A stretch of 32,000 bases of DNA from Microcystis aeruginosa NIES-2549 (GCF_000981785.2 NZ_CP011304.1:1890001-1922000), one strand, 5' to 3'. Shown: positions 1 through 9,111, counted from the first letter of the stretch. Notes: generated by a model not told the origin, from the letters alone. Numbers and translations are program-made.

Positions 1-553
1 CCTTCCATGCCGCTCTTAACCTAGCATCATCGAGATTACGAATGGGAACGCCCGCTAAAGCGGCTTTTTGATAGCCGACGGTTCTGCGAATCATCGACTT
101 GAAAACAGGGATACTGCCCTCGATTAATTCCTGACGTAGTATTTCCCCCTCCTTATTTGGTGGTGGCGGTACGATCGTGATCAGGGCGCGGTAATTAGCG
201 TCTCCCAAATCTTTAGCCGTTTCCAACATCGGCTGCAGACTGAGAACATCGGGGGCGGTGGGCAAGATCAGGAGTTCGCAACCCTTGGCTAACTCTTTGA
301 GATCGTCGGAGTGGGGACGGGCGGGAGTGTCGATGATAACGAAGTCCGCCCCGCCGATAATCTTCATCGCCTGCCGCTCATCGGCAACGGTGAAGGGAAG
401 ATTTCCCCTCTCCGCCCAACCCAGAGCGGTGCGGTTCGGGTCGCCATCAACTAATACCGTCCGACCTCGATCGCTGAAATAGGTGGCGATATGCACGGCG
501 GTGGTGCTTTTACCCACGCCGCCTTTGTAACCGGTAACGGTAATAATTTTCAT
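1..553 (-). CDS. parA: Small ParA/MinD-family partition ATPase (type Ib-like); the 3' end runs off the window
   Basis: Absent from the ORF track because no stop codon lies inside the window. Reverse-strand translation from the ATG at 553-551 gives MKIITVTGYKGGVGKSTTAVHIATYFSDRGRTVLVDGDPNRTALGWAERG...FVIIDTPARP...LILPTAPD. The deviant Walker A (KGGVGKST) sits at the extreme N-terminus, followed by DGDP and IIDTP motifs. The frame stays open to position 1. Confidence 0.85.
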   Translation of the reverse strand, partial: MKIITVTGYKGGVGKSTTAVHIATYFSDRGRTVLVDGDPNRTALGWAERGNLPFTVADERQAMKIIGGADFVIIDTPARPHSDDLKELAKGCELLILPTAPDVLSLQPMLETAKDLGDANYRALITIVPPPPNKEGEILRQELIEGSIPVFKSMIRRTVGYQKAALAGVPIRNLDDARLRAAWK

Positions 554-1146
554 CTGGTTTTCTGGTTTTTTGGTTTTCTGTTTTTCATCCTTGTTCCTGG
601 AAACAGGTTTTCTGTAAAACCAGATTACCTTAAAACCAGAATTGCGGTCACATTTGGATCGATTCCGTGAACTGGTTTTCTGTAAAACCAGATTGCCACA
701 AGACCAGAATTAAGGTTCCATTCGGATCGAGCGAGTTTTCTGTAAAACCACGCAAAAGGTATATTAATTTTCAGGAATTTACGTCGTTTCAGCCGACGAC
801 AAGTCAAGGTTTGAAACCACTTTGACGGAAGAGAAATAGATAGGATTGTATCTGGTAAGAAGGCTTTCTATAAAACCAGATTACCATAAAACCAGATAAA
901 TTAGAATCATATCTAGTAAGGAGGTTTTCTGTAAAACCAGATTGCCATAAAACCAGATAAATTAGAATCATATCTAGTAAGAAGGTTTTCTGTAAAACCA
1001 GATTGCCATAAAACCAGATAAACAGAATCGACTCCGCAAGCTAGTTTTCTTTAAAACCAGTTTTTTGTAAAACCAGTTTTTTGTAAAACCAGAATTATTC
1101 AGATCGATCAAGCAGGTTTTCTGTAAAACCAGATTACCAGATTGCC
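554..1146. repeat. Iteron/centromere-like array: at least 8 units of GTTTTCTGTAAAACCAGATTRCC plus extra AAAACCAG half-sites, in two clusters around a unique AT-rich spacer
   Basis: Read directly. Units start near 606, 673, 736, 864, 925, 986, 1045 and 1117. The core is a palindrome, (CT)GGTTTT-CTGT-AAAACC(AG). Degenerate copies (ctggttttctggttttttggttttctg) abut the parA start codon. Cluster 1 (554-755) and cluster 2 (864-1146) flank a ~110-bp unique AT-rich stretch. Confidence 0.8.
850..1032. repeat. Three tandem copies of a 61-bp unit inside the array
   Basis: atctRgtaagRaggYtttctRtaaaaccagattRccataaaaccagataaattagaatcat recurs with starts at 850, 911 and 972, giving an exact 61-bp period. 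Confidence 0.85.
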
Positions 1147-1288
1147 GGTCAGAAATAGTCAAAAGTTTATCCATTAACCAGAACTGGCTCGATCCAGATC
1201 AGTTTGCGATCGGGTCGTTCTCTGAGGCCGTAAGGTTGCCACCGATAAAACCCTCTGCGCCAATGGGTGCGGTACTGACTAGATTAAC

Positions 1289-1507
1289 TCACCCGCCAGT
1301 TAGCGAAAAATCAGAAGTAATTATTTCAACAGTAAACAGCTTTTGCTTGCCTAAGCAGGGTATCGGTTCAATCACCCTGACATTTTCCAGCTTCCAAGCG
1401 TATCGTTGGGGTTGCCAGTCGCCGAGCAACCGTTCCAATTCCGAAACCGATTCGTTGACATCCTCACCGCCGGGGCCGGACGGTGATTCCCTACAGATCG
1501 AACAAAC
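1289..1507 (-). pseudogene. Start-less C-terminal fragment, possibly of an ASCH-domain protein
   Basis: The reverse frame reads ...EDVNESVSELERLLGDWQPQRYAWKLENVRVIEPIPCLGKQKLFTVEIITSDFSLTGG*. An in-frame TAA lies immediately upstream (1508-1510) and there is no start codon. The YAWKLENVRxIEPIP...GKQKLF tail resembles ASCH C-termini from memory only. Confidence 0.3.
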
Positions 1508-1579
1508 TTAATTGAACGATCTTCGGATGGGTTGACGCTTCACGGGACGATGCTTCTTTAACAGAAGTCTTATACTTTC

Positions 1580-2336
1580 GGCGTTGCATAATAGAGATAT
1601 GAATGGAGGAAATCAAAATGCAATGCCCTGAATGTAAATCTACCCATATCCGTAAAAATGGCATCAATAAACAAGGTAAACAAAATCATATTTGTGTAAC
1701 CTGTGGCCGTCAATTTATTAATAACTATGAAAAACAGAAAGGCTATGACGAAAAAACGAAGCGAGAATGCCTAACTGCCTATGTTAATGGGATGGGATTT
1801 AGAGGAATAGAAAGGCTAAAGGGAGTTCATCATACGACCGTAATTAATTGGGTAAAATCTGTGGGAGAATTATTGCCAGTCGCCTATGACCCAGAAACAA
1901 TTCCTGAAGTAGGGGAACTGGATGAATTGGAAACCTTTGTTGGCTCAAAAAAAACAAAATCTGGGTGTGGACAGCCGTTGACCACTTTAAAAAAGGAATT
2001 TTAGGTTGGGTAATCGGAGACCATAGTAGCGAAACGTTTCGCCCATTATGGGAATTAGTTAAGTCTTGGGGATGCTATTTTTATGTGAGTGATGGATGGT
2101 CAGTTTATCCATGTTTTATAGCAGAGGGCGACCATATAATTAGTAAGACTTATATGACCAGAGTAGAGGGTGAGAACACACGTTTAAGACATTATCTAGC
2201 CCGATTGCATCGCAAAACACTCTGCTATTCTAAGTCTACAGAAATGTTAGGATACTCTATTCGTTTATTAATTCATTATCTGAAGTTTCAAGAAGTGCCT
2301 ATTCCTTACTGATTCATAGCTTAATTCAGCAACGCC
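1580..2336 (+). mobile_element. IS1-family insertion sequence, 757 bp, complete
   Basis: Imperfect terminal inverted repeats: GGCGTTGCATAATAGAGATATGAAT at 1580 versus the reverse complement of the right end, GGCGTTGCTGAATTAAGCTATGAAT (about 19 of 25 match). An 8-bp target-site duplication ATACTTTC lies at 1572-1579 and 2337-2344. Confidence 0.85.
1603..2312 (+). CDS. insAB: IS1-family transposase InsAB', made by a -1 frameshift; InsA alone is 1603..2004
   Basis: ORF A has a zinc finger (CPECKS...CVTCGRQF) and an HTH. ORF B (track 1965..2312) is in the -1 frame. The slippery run A8C lies at 1947-1955. Shifting there gives ...ELETFVGSKKNKIWVWTAVDHFKKGILGWVIGDHS..., a continuous IS1-type sequence. 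Confidence 0.85.
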
Positions 2337-2391
2337 ATACTTTCCTCCACATCCGTTTAAAGTCTCCGATTGCCTACCGGCGACCTTGATA

Positions 2392-3425
2392 TAGCACTTC
2401 TTGGAGCTATGAGGTACAATGAAAAGCAAATAGACAAATAATAGAACTCGCCAGCTTCCTATGAGACCCTATTCCGTAGATTTTCGCCAAAAAATTATCG
2501 ATGTCTGGAAGAAAGAAAAAATTTCTATTCGAGGACTAGCCCAGAGATTTGACGTGGCTAAAAGCTTTATTCAGAAGTTATTGAAGCAACATAAAGAAAC
2601 AGGAGATATCCGTCCTCGTCCACAAGGGGGAAGTCCGCCAACCAAGTTAAATAGTGAACAACTGATAATTTTAATAGAAATCATCGAATCTAACAATGAT
2701 GCAACTCTCGAAGAATTATCGGACTTACTGTATGAAAAGACACAGGTGAAAGTCAGTAGAGCCACCCTGGGGCGGCTTACGCAAAAACTCAATTACAGTT
2801 TCAAAAAAAAACACTACACGCGGCGGAAAAAGAAAGTGACAGGGTACAGCAAAAAAGAGTGGAATACTGGTCTCAAGTTCGGGAAATTGAGGCATCAAAA
2901 CTAATTTTCATCGATGAATCGGGGGTAAATTTAGCCCTTTTGAGACTCTATGCTAGAGCCTTAATTGGTCGAAGAGCTCGGGGAAGAAAACCACAAAAAA
3001 GAGGGAGAAATATTTCAATAATTAGTGCTATAAGTTTAGAAAAAGTTGTGGCATCAGTCAACATATACGGTGCAGTGGATGCGGTAACATTTGAAGGATT
3101 TATTCTGAAGGAAGTGCTGCCAAAAATTAAAGAAGGAGACTGTTTGCTCATGGATAACGCCAAGATTCATCTCGGAGAAATGGTCAGAGAAATAATTGAA
3201 CAAGAAAAAGCTAGACTCATCTATTTACCTCCTTATTCTCCCGAATTCTCTCCTATTGAAAACTTTTGGTCAAAAGTCAAAGCGATATTAAGAAAACTGA
3301 AGGCGAGAACTTACAAAGACTTAATAGAAGGGATTGAATTAGCTATGTTATAAGTTACTCAAAAAGATATTCGCAATTGGTTTACTCACTGTTGCTACTG
3401 TACCTCATGAGTCAGAGAATTGCTA
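2392..3425 (+). mobile_element. IS630/Tc1-mariner-family insertion sequence, 1034 bp
   Basis: Terminal inverted repeats: TAGCACTTCTTGGAGCTATGAGGTACAATG at the left end versus the reverse complement of the right end, TAGCAATTCTCTGACTCATGAGGTACAGTA. A TA dinucleotide is duplicated at 2390-2391 and 3426-3427, as is typical for IS630. Confidence 0.8.
2461..3353 (+). CDS. IS630-family DDE transposase; needs a -1 shift at an A9 run (programmed slippage or a frameshift mutation)
   Basis: Track ORFs 2461..2904 (HTH part) and 2859..3353 (DDE part: IFIDESG...LMDNAKIH...LPPYSPEFSPIE) lie in frames 1 and 0. The A9 run is at 2803-2811. A -1 shift there gives ...LNYSFKKKTLHAAEKESDRVQQKRVEYWSQVREIEASKLIFIDESG. 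Confidence 0.8.
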
Positions 3426-3516
3426 TATCTAAATTACTCGTTAAGACTGTCTAAGAGCAGGGAGCAGAGAGAAAAAACCTGACTCCCGATGACTGAAAGC
3501 TGATCACTGACAAAAC

Positions 3517-4515
3517 CTATCCCAAAACGATCGAATCGCGCAGGGATTGAATTTCCTCGGTTTGTAAACGCGCCCCAAAAGTAGAAACCACCCGAGCAGC
3601 CGCTAGAGAAGCGAGATTTCCTGCTCCTTTGTAACCCATACCGTGGGTAATACCGTAGAGAAACGCACCTGCATACATATCCCCCGCACCGACGGTATCG
3701 ATCGCCTCTACGGGATGGGAGTCAATTTCCAGGAGATTTTCGCCATCATAGATCAAAGAACCATTGGCACCCCGGGTGATAGCGAATCCTTTGGCAATGG
3801 TTTTAAAATAGGCGATCGCTGACTCGATTTCCTCGCTGCCAGAAATAGTCAAAGCTTCCGACTCATTAGCGAAAACGAAATCTAACCCCGTTCCGATCAT
3901 TTCCAGTAATCCCTCCCGGAAGAAGATCGCCATATTGGGATCCGACAGGGATAAAGCGGTTTTGACTCCAGCAGCCTGAGCAATTTCTCGCCCTTTAATA
4001 GCGGCAGCTTTGGCAGTGGGAGAGGTGACGAGATAACCTTCGAGATAGAGATAATCGGCATTAGCGATCGCTGAGGGGACTAATTCCCGTTCGGAAATTT
4101 CCCCAGTGATGCCGAGAAAAGTATTCATGGTGCGATCGGCATCGGGAGTCACAAAAACTAGACATTTTCCCGTGATTCCCACCTCTTTTTCGCCGCCGTG
4201 TTCATTGGTATGCAAACCACAGGCCCGCAGATCTTGCAGATAAAACTTACCCAATTCGTCATTACCCACTTTACAGGAATAGAAACCTCTACCTCCCAAC
4301 TGAGCGATCGCTACTAGGGTATTCGCCGCCGATCCGCCACCGCTGCGTTTACAATCAAGAGCCAATTTTTCCATCAACTGGGTTTGACGATTTTCGTCCA
4401 CCAGCGTCATCACTCCTTTGTCGATGCCCAATTCTTGCAGTAATTCAGGAGAGACTTGAAATTCCATATCGACGAGCGCGTTACCGATCCCATAAACGTT
4501 GTATTGTTTGCCCAT
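3517..4515 (-). CDS. PfkB-family carbohydrate kinase, adenosine-kinase-like
   Basis: 332 aa. N-terminal GIGNALVD, a GGSAANT motif, and the C-terminal [16 protein letters not shown] signature of the PfkB/ribokinase fold. Confidence 0.85.
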   Translation of the reverse strand: MGKQYNVYGIGNALVDMEFQVSPELLQELGIDKGVMTLVDENRQTQLMEKLALDCKRSGGGSAANTLVAIAQLGGRGFYSCKVGNDELGKFYLQDLRACGLHTNEHGGEKEVGITGKCLVFVTPDADRTMNTFLGITGEISERELVPSAIANADYLYLEGYLVTSPTAKAAAIKGREIAQAAGVKTALSLSDPNMAIFFREGLLEMIGTGLDFVFANESEALTISGSEEIESAIAYFKTIAKGFAITRGANGSLIYDGENLLEIDSHPVEAIDTVGAGDMYAGAFLYGITHGMGYKGAGNLASLAAARVVSTFGARLQTEEIQSLRDSIVLG

Positions 4516-4620
4516 AATTTAGTCGATCGCCTAAAAATACTTTGTTATTGATAGTAGGGAAATAAGGAGCAAAAAGCTAGGGGCTTTTTTCAGCCAGAGA
4601 ATACCATAAACAAAAATTAT

Positions 4621-4643
4621 CGGTGTGCTAGTCTCACACACCG
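4621..4643 (-). terminator. Putative intrinsic terminator downstream of the 70-aa gene
   Basis: Hairpin CGGTGTG-ctagtct-CACACCG. On the minus strand it is followed by ATAATTTTTGTTT. Confidence 0.45.
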
Positions 4644-4678
4644 GGGAATTTTTGTTAAGTTTTTTTAACTAAGCCACT

Positions 4679-4891
4679 TTAAGCCTCATCGTAGGCTTCT
4701 AGATCCAACAGATAAAGATAAGGTTCGGCTAATTCCTGTCTTTGAAAAGCGATCGCCCGCAACAGATGCCAATCCCGCAAAGCCTCGAAAGGGTTACTAT
4801 ACTCATCTTTTTCTAGTCGTTCGGCTAAAGAAGCAATATCAGCGGCGGTATATTTGGCAATATCTTGATCAGTGAAGCTTATAACTGTCAT
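4679..4891 (-). CDS. Small acidic hypothetical protein (70 aa)
   Basis: Clean ATG ORF with no competing frame, followed by a terminator-like hairpin. I do not recognise the family. Confidence 0.55.
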   Translation of the reverse strand: MTVISFTDQDIAKYTAADIASLAERLEKDEYSNPFEALRDWHLLRAIAFQRQELAEPYLYLLDLEAYDEA

Positions 4892-5039
4892 TTCTGCACC
4901 TCCCTCGACCTTTGTTCTATTTCTAGCTTAACATATATCCTAAGTTGAAAAAATGCCTTCCCCGCCAAGTTAAGAACTGTAAATGAAAGGGTAATTGTGG
5001 TAAGATTCCAGCAAAAGAGCTATTTTTAGTTGATCTTCT

Positions 5040-5816
5040 ATGAAAACAGCCCTCATTACTGGCGCTTCCACTGGTATCGGTGTCGTCTTTGCTCGTCAAC
5101 TTGCTCAACGGCAAATGGAGCTAATTTTAGTCGCTAGATCTAGGGATAAACTAGAACAATTAGCAGCGGAATTAGAGGAACAATACGGGGTAAAAGTGAC
5201 AGTTATCGTTCAAGATCTGACCGTTGCCGGGGCAGGAAAGCTGGTATATGATACGGTGAACCAAAAAGGAATCAACGTTGATTTACTGGTAAATAATGCT
5301 GGTTTTGGTGATTATGGTGCTTTTAGCGAGCAGGATTTAGCCCGACAGTTAGAAATGATCCAGTTAAATAATCTGGTATTGGTGGAATTAAGCCACTATT
5401 TTCTCCGTCCCATGCTTGCTGGCACTGGGGGGGCAATTATCAATGTTGCTTCTATTGCCGGGTTTCAACCGCTGCCCTATCTTTCCGTTTATGCAGCCAC
5501 AAAAGCTTTTGTCCTCAGCTTTAGCGAGTCTCTCTGGGCAGAAAATAAAGATAAAGGCGTTAAAATCCTTGCTCTTTGCCCCGGTCCGACGGAATCTAAT
5601 TTTTTTGAGGTGGCCCGATTTCCCAGGGCTTTTATGGGCAAAAACGGCCGGTTAGATTCGGCGGAAGTGGTGGTACAAGAGGCTTTAACTGCCTTGGCAA
5701 ACAAACGCCCCAACGTGGTAGCCGGTAAATTGGCTAATAAAATTATCGTCAATCTGCCCCGTTTTTTACCTAGAAGTTGGATCGTGTCTTTGATAGAAAA
5801 GCAATTCAAGCTATAA
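5040..5816 (+). CDS. Short-chain dehydrogenase/reductase (SDR) family oxidoreductase
   Basis: TGASTGIG cofactor motif at the N-terminus, NNAG, and the catalytic S...YAATK. Confidence 0.9.
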   Translation: MKTALITGASTGIGVVFARQLAQRQMELILVARSRDKLEQLAAELEEQYGVKVTVIVQDLTVAGAGKLVYDTVNQKGINVDLLVNNAGFGDYGAFSEQDLARQLEMIQLNNLVLVELSHYFLRPMLAGTGGAIINVASIAGFQPLPYLSVYAATKAFVLSFSESLWAENKDKGVKILALCPGPTESNFFEVARFPRAFMGKNGRLDSAEVVVQEALTALANKRPNVVAGKLANKIIVNLPRFLPRSWIVSLIEKQFKL

Positions 5817-5831
5817 GTAGAATAAAGCGAA

Positions 5832-6518
5832 TTAAAGCAATTGCTGATAGGATTTTAAGGGAATACCTGTCCGGTTTCTAACTTCGATGGCCGAACGATA
5901 GACACCGTTTTTTTCTCTTTCAGCGACAATTTTATCAGCCAGGGAAAAGTCAAGACCGAGATTGACTAATTCCGCAACGGAGTAGTAGTTTAAACAACGC
6001 CAAGAAACGTCAACTTCTTGGCGAATATCGTAGGCAAAGATAATCAAAGGTTCTAATTTTTTGAGATAATTTTCTGGTAAACCAGCCAGGAAGTGTAATT
6101 CTTCCAAATGGGTAAAAATATGTCCTTCATTACGGACAGAAACAATATCATTGGCATAGACAATCGGCAACCCTAATTTATGAACCAGATCGTTGGTGGA
6201 ACAGCTGTTAATATCAATTTTTTCGAGAGGAGAGGATGACTGTCTAGAATCGGTTCTATTTGCCGAAGCTATTGGATGGGAATTAAGCTGTTGACGGATG
6301 TATAAACCCAGGCCGATTTGGGCAAACCAAATGACGATAAAAGCCTCTTGTGTAAGGAAAATAAAGGAGATAATTGTCAAAGCAATGCCGACGGATAACC
6401 AACTTTGGTTATTAGTTTTTTTGCCAGCATTAGCAATGGCAAGTCCCCCGAAAACTGGGACTAAGGATAGCCAGATCCACTCGGAAGATTCGGGAGGGCG
6501 AGGAGAGAGATTAGACAT
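5832..6518 (-). CDS. Membrane protein with two ComEA-like helix-hairpin-helix modules
   Basis: The N-terminal ~80 aa are hydrophobic (2-3 predicted TM helices). The C-terminal part contains IDINSCSTNDLVHKLGLP... and ...VAELVNLGLDFSLADKIVAEREKNGVYRSAIEVRNRTGIP, which resemble ComEA HhH repeats. Confidence 0.65.
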   Translation of the reverse strand: MSNLSPRPPESSEWIWLSLVPVFGGLAIANAGKKTNNQSWLSVGIALTIISFIFLTQEAFIVIWFAQIGLGLYIRQQLNSHPIASANRTDSRQSSSPLEKIDINSCSTNDLVHKLGLPIVYANDIVSVRNEGHIFTHLEELHFLAGLPENYLKKLEPLIIFAYDIRQEVDVSWRCLNYYSVAELVNLGLDFSLADKIVAEREKNGVYRSAIEVRNRTGIPLKSYQQLL

Positions 6519-6524
6519 ATTTTT

Positions 6525-6710
6525 TTAAAGAGAATCTAAATATTTTCTGCGTTTTTCTTCGTATTCTTCAGCAGTAATAATTCCCTGATCGTAAAGCTTT
6601 TTAAGCTGGAGTAAAGTAGCAGTTTTTTGCTGACCTGATTCTGGCAGTCTTCGCTCTGTACTGTTGGCGAGATAGTTAGGATTGTATTTAGGGTTTGCTG
6701 AAAAAGTCAT
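6525..6710 (-). CDS. SHOCT-domain protein (61 aa)
   Basis: The C-terminus LKKLYDQGIITAEEYEEKRRKYLDSL is the SHOCT motif. The gene ends 6 nt upstream of the next gene. Confidence 0.75.
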   Translation of the reverse strand: MTFSANPKYNPNYLANSTERRLPESGQQKTATLLQLKKLYDQGIITAEEYEEKRRKYLDSL

Positions 6711-6714
6711 TGAA

Positions 6715-8345
6715 AAGTACAGGTCTCTTAATCAATGATTTCACTTAGCTACAAGCATAAGCTTTAGTTGTTGATTAATTTTTAAGTTATAACTTATCCT
6801 AATCATTGACCGAGAAAAAGTGCTGTTTTTCCATTTCAGACATAAAAAAGCCCAAAAAACCTGCCTCAACAGGTTAGAAAGATTCATGACTAAAAAAGTA
6901 ATAGCAATCGCTGAAAAGGAAGTATGAGGAAGTTTAGCCATCACTTTACCTAAGCTAAATCTTCTTTTCCCCTGTCCAAATTTGCCCTCTATACAATTCC
7001 GAATCCTCTCATCATCGGTAGCTTGTTTCTTTTGTTCTTTACTAACATTTTTGGCTGGTCTTCCTAATGGGGGACCACTGATTCTGATTCCCCTTTCTTT
7101 ACACCAAGCTCGGTTTTCTCTGGTTCGATAAATTTTGTCCACATGAACTGATTCTGGATAGTATCCTGTATAGTCATAATAAGCTTCTATTTGTGCTTTT
7201 AAATCTCCTGATTCATTAAAGTTATCCCAACTAATTCGGTCTAAAAATATGTAACCATCTATACAGCTTGCTGAGAATTTAGCCCCAAATTCTACGGGTT
7301 TTCCAGCTTTTCCTCTGACTATCGGACGGATGTGGGGTTGAGTTAAGCTGACAATTCTGTCTTCAATACTCTGTTTGTTATTTTGGTACATCCAGAGTTG
7401 TTGACGATAAACTTCTGTGACTACTAACAACAGTTTATAGTCTCTTTTTTTCAAGCTTTGTAGAGAGGCTCCTTCTGCTAAAAGTTGTTCAATATGGTCG
7501 AGATTTCTTTTCAGATATTGCAGTTGTCTTTTCAGAGCTTTTCGTCTTTGTTTGACGGTAGGTTTTCTTTTTTTCGCTACTTCTAAATAACTTTTTCTGG
7601 CTAGAAGACGATAGGTTCTCGGTTTTTGAACAAGTTTTCCTTTTAAAGTTTCATAGAGAATATCAATAATTTTTTCGGTTTGTTTTCTTCCTTGATTTAA
7701 CAGGTTTAAATCCGTAGGATAACTAATATCTGCGGGCGCACAACTGGCATCTAAAATTAATTTACCTCGATTTTCTGGTTGACTTTGGGTTTCGCTCTCT
7801 AACTTTTTTTCGGTGTTTTCTTCTTCTTTTATTTCTCTCGAATTTTTGACCATAAAGCGATTCACTTTATTAATTAGTTCCAGAGTGATTCTTTCTCGAA
7901 AGTGAACCAACATTGACGCTTCAAACCGGGGTTCATTGCTGTAGGATGAAAACCCCAAGAAGTATTGTAAATAAGGATTTTCTTTGATTTGTTCTACCGT
8001 TTCTCTATCGCTTGTTCCTAATTTTTCTTTAATAATTAATGCTCCGAGTGCTGTCCTGAATGTTTTGGCGGGTGTGCCCATTTCTTCTGAAAAAAGTGAT
8101 GCGTATTCCGCTTCAAATTCTGACCAGGGAATGAGGTTGGCCATAATTACCCAACGATTGTCTTGGGATAATTTCCCCTCAAAGGGCAGCTCGAAGTTTT
8201 CTGGTGGGGTTGAGGGTAACTCGCTTTTACGGTACATTAGCACTAATTAGAGAAGATGCAAGGGTGATGCAAGGGTTTTAAGAGATTCTAGCAGATTTAA
8301 GTGCATTTGGGAAGCTCTCAATCAAGCTAAAAGCCCTTTCCTGTA
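6715..8345 (-). mobile_element. IS5-family (IS1182-like) insertion sequence; ends not resolved
   Basis: A single 498-500-aa DDE transposase gene fills the gap between the TM2 and SHOCT genes. I could not find convincing terminal inverted repeats by eye, only a weak AAAAGTACAGG / CCTGTAAGGTTTTT match and a TTAAGAGA match. The boundaries are approximate. Confidence 0.45.
6741..8237 (-). CDS. IS5-family DDE transposase with an N-terminal InsH/DUF772-type domain
   Basis: N-terminus FELPFEGKLSQDNRWVIMANLIPWSEFEAEY...TALGALIIKEKLGTSDRETVEQIKENPYLQYFLGF, and a C-terminal DDE region ending ...ERIRNCIEGKFGQGKRRFSL. The ATG at 8237 is preferred over the track's GTG at 8243. Confidence 0.85.
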   Translation of the reverse strand: MYRKSELPSTPPENFELPFEGKLSQDNRWVIMANLIPWSEFEAEYASLFSEEMGTPAKTFRTALGALIIKEKLGTSDRETVEQIKENPYLQYFLGFSSYSNEPRFEASMLVHFRERITLELINKVNRFMVKNSREIKEEENTEKKLESETQSQPENRGKLILDASCAPADISYPTDLNLLNQGRKQTEKIIDILYETLKGKLVQKPRTYRLLARKSYLEVAKKRKPTVKQRRKALKRQLQYLKRNLDHIEQLLAEGASLQSLKKRDYKLLLVVTEVYRQQLWMYQNNKQSIEDRIVSLTQPHIRPIVRGKAGKPVEFGAKFSASCIDGYIFLDRISWDNFNESGDLKAQIEAYYDYTGYYPESVHVDKIYRTRENRAWCKERGIRISGPPLGRPAKNVSKEQKKQATDDERIRNCIEGKFGQGKRRFSLGKVMAKLPHTSFSAIAITFLVMNLSNLLRQVFWAFLCLKWKNSTFSRSMIRISYNLKINQQLKLMLVAK

Positions 8346-8371
8346 AGGTTTTTACCATTATTCAGCAAACC

Positions 8372-8566
8372 CTATTTAGCATCAAAAGCTTGATCTGACA
8401 TGATGATTAAACCAATAAATTCAAAAAAAGCAATGATGCCGGGGATCAAAGTCCAGAAGAAAAGTAGATAGAGAACACCAGCCAAATTCTCCCCTAGATA
8501 AAATTTATGGATGCCAAGATAACCGAGAAAAAAGGCTAGTAAAGCCGCTATAGTTCTATTTCTCAT
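8372..8566 (-). CDS. TM2-domain membrane protein (64 aa)
   Basis: AALLAFFLGYLGIHKFYLG...LLFFWTLIPGIIAFFEFI is the two-helix TM2 pattern. Confidence 0.8.
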   Translation of the reverse strand: MRNRTIAALLAFFLGYLGIHKFYLGENLAGVLYLLFFWTLIPGIIAFFEFIGLIIMSDQAFDAK

Positions 8567-8775
8567 AATTTTTGAGATTTCCCTAATTTAGCCAAAAGAA
8601 AGTATAAAACCACGATGCCTGCCTGTAATTCCAAGAGAGTAATATAACCCTTGACTAGATAATTTAATTCTAGGGAGGAATTAAAGGCAAAAACTAGCAC
8701 ACCCAAGACTAAAAAAGGCAGTAAACGCCAGCCAGACTTGGGTATTTTTATTCCCGTACTATTAACCTGATTCAT
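8563..8775 (-). CDS. Small membrane protein (70 aa), translationally coupled to the TM2 gene
   Basis: Two hydrophobic helices. A 4-nt ATGA overlap links it to the downstream TM2 gene. Confidence 0.55.
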   Translation of the reverse strand: MNQVNSTGIKIPKSGWRLLPFLVLGVLVFAFNSSLELNYLVKGYITLLELQAGIVVLYFLLAKLGKSQKL

Positions 8776-8829
8776 GGGCTAATTCTCTAGGTTGGTCTTT
8801 TTCGTTGATAGTCGCAAAATCGGTCTTTG

Positions 8830-9111
8830 TCAAGGGGTGCTTTGATTAACTTTTAGCATCTCAACCAGAATATTATGGGCATCCTTGGCTGATTCTAGGG
8901 TGCGTTCAAAAGGTATTCTAATTGTTTGACTCTCCCCTAATTTTTCTACGGCTAAATCCATGCCTTGGGGATCGATGGAGAGCATTTGAGCCGTTTCTGC
9001 ATCGGTAATATTACCGTAAACTTGAGCGTAGAAAAGCACGGCATCACCGTGATCTTTATTCATGTGTTTACATATGCGATCGCTAATGGCGGGAGTGATA
9101 GTTTCAGACAT
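8830..9111 (-). CDS. DUF2470-domain protein
   Basis: ICKHMNKDHGDAVLFYAQVYG matches the HMNxDHxDA core of DUF2470 (the HugZ C-terminal-like domain). Confidence 0.7.
   Translation of the reverse strand: MSETITPAISDRICKHMNKDHGDAVLFYAQVYGNITDAETAQMLSIDPQGMDLAVEKLGESQTIRIPFERTLESAKDAHNILVEMLKVNQSTP

Noticed and set aside
554-1146. Regular ~61-66-bp periodic repeats that could be mistaken for a CRISPR array
   Set aside because: The segments between the repeats are themselves conserved between units, as in a tandem duplication. The repeat is a short palindromic binding-site type with extra half-sites. No cas genes or leader are present, and the array abuts a parA start codon. An iteron or centromere array fits better.
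625-1174. Track ORFs 625..807(-) and 974..1174(-)
   Set aside because: They are translations of the repeat array (recurrent WFYRKP / FYKKLV peptides) and have no coding signal.
1236-1511. Track ORF 1236..1511(+), 91 aa
   Set aside because: It is low-complexity and unrecognisable, and it lies antisense to a frame with a more protein-like sequence (the ASCH-like tail). It is probably non-coding.
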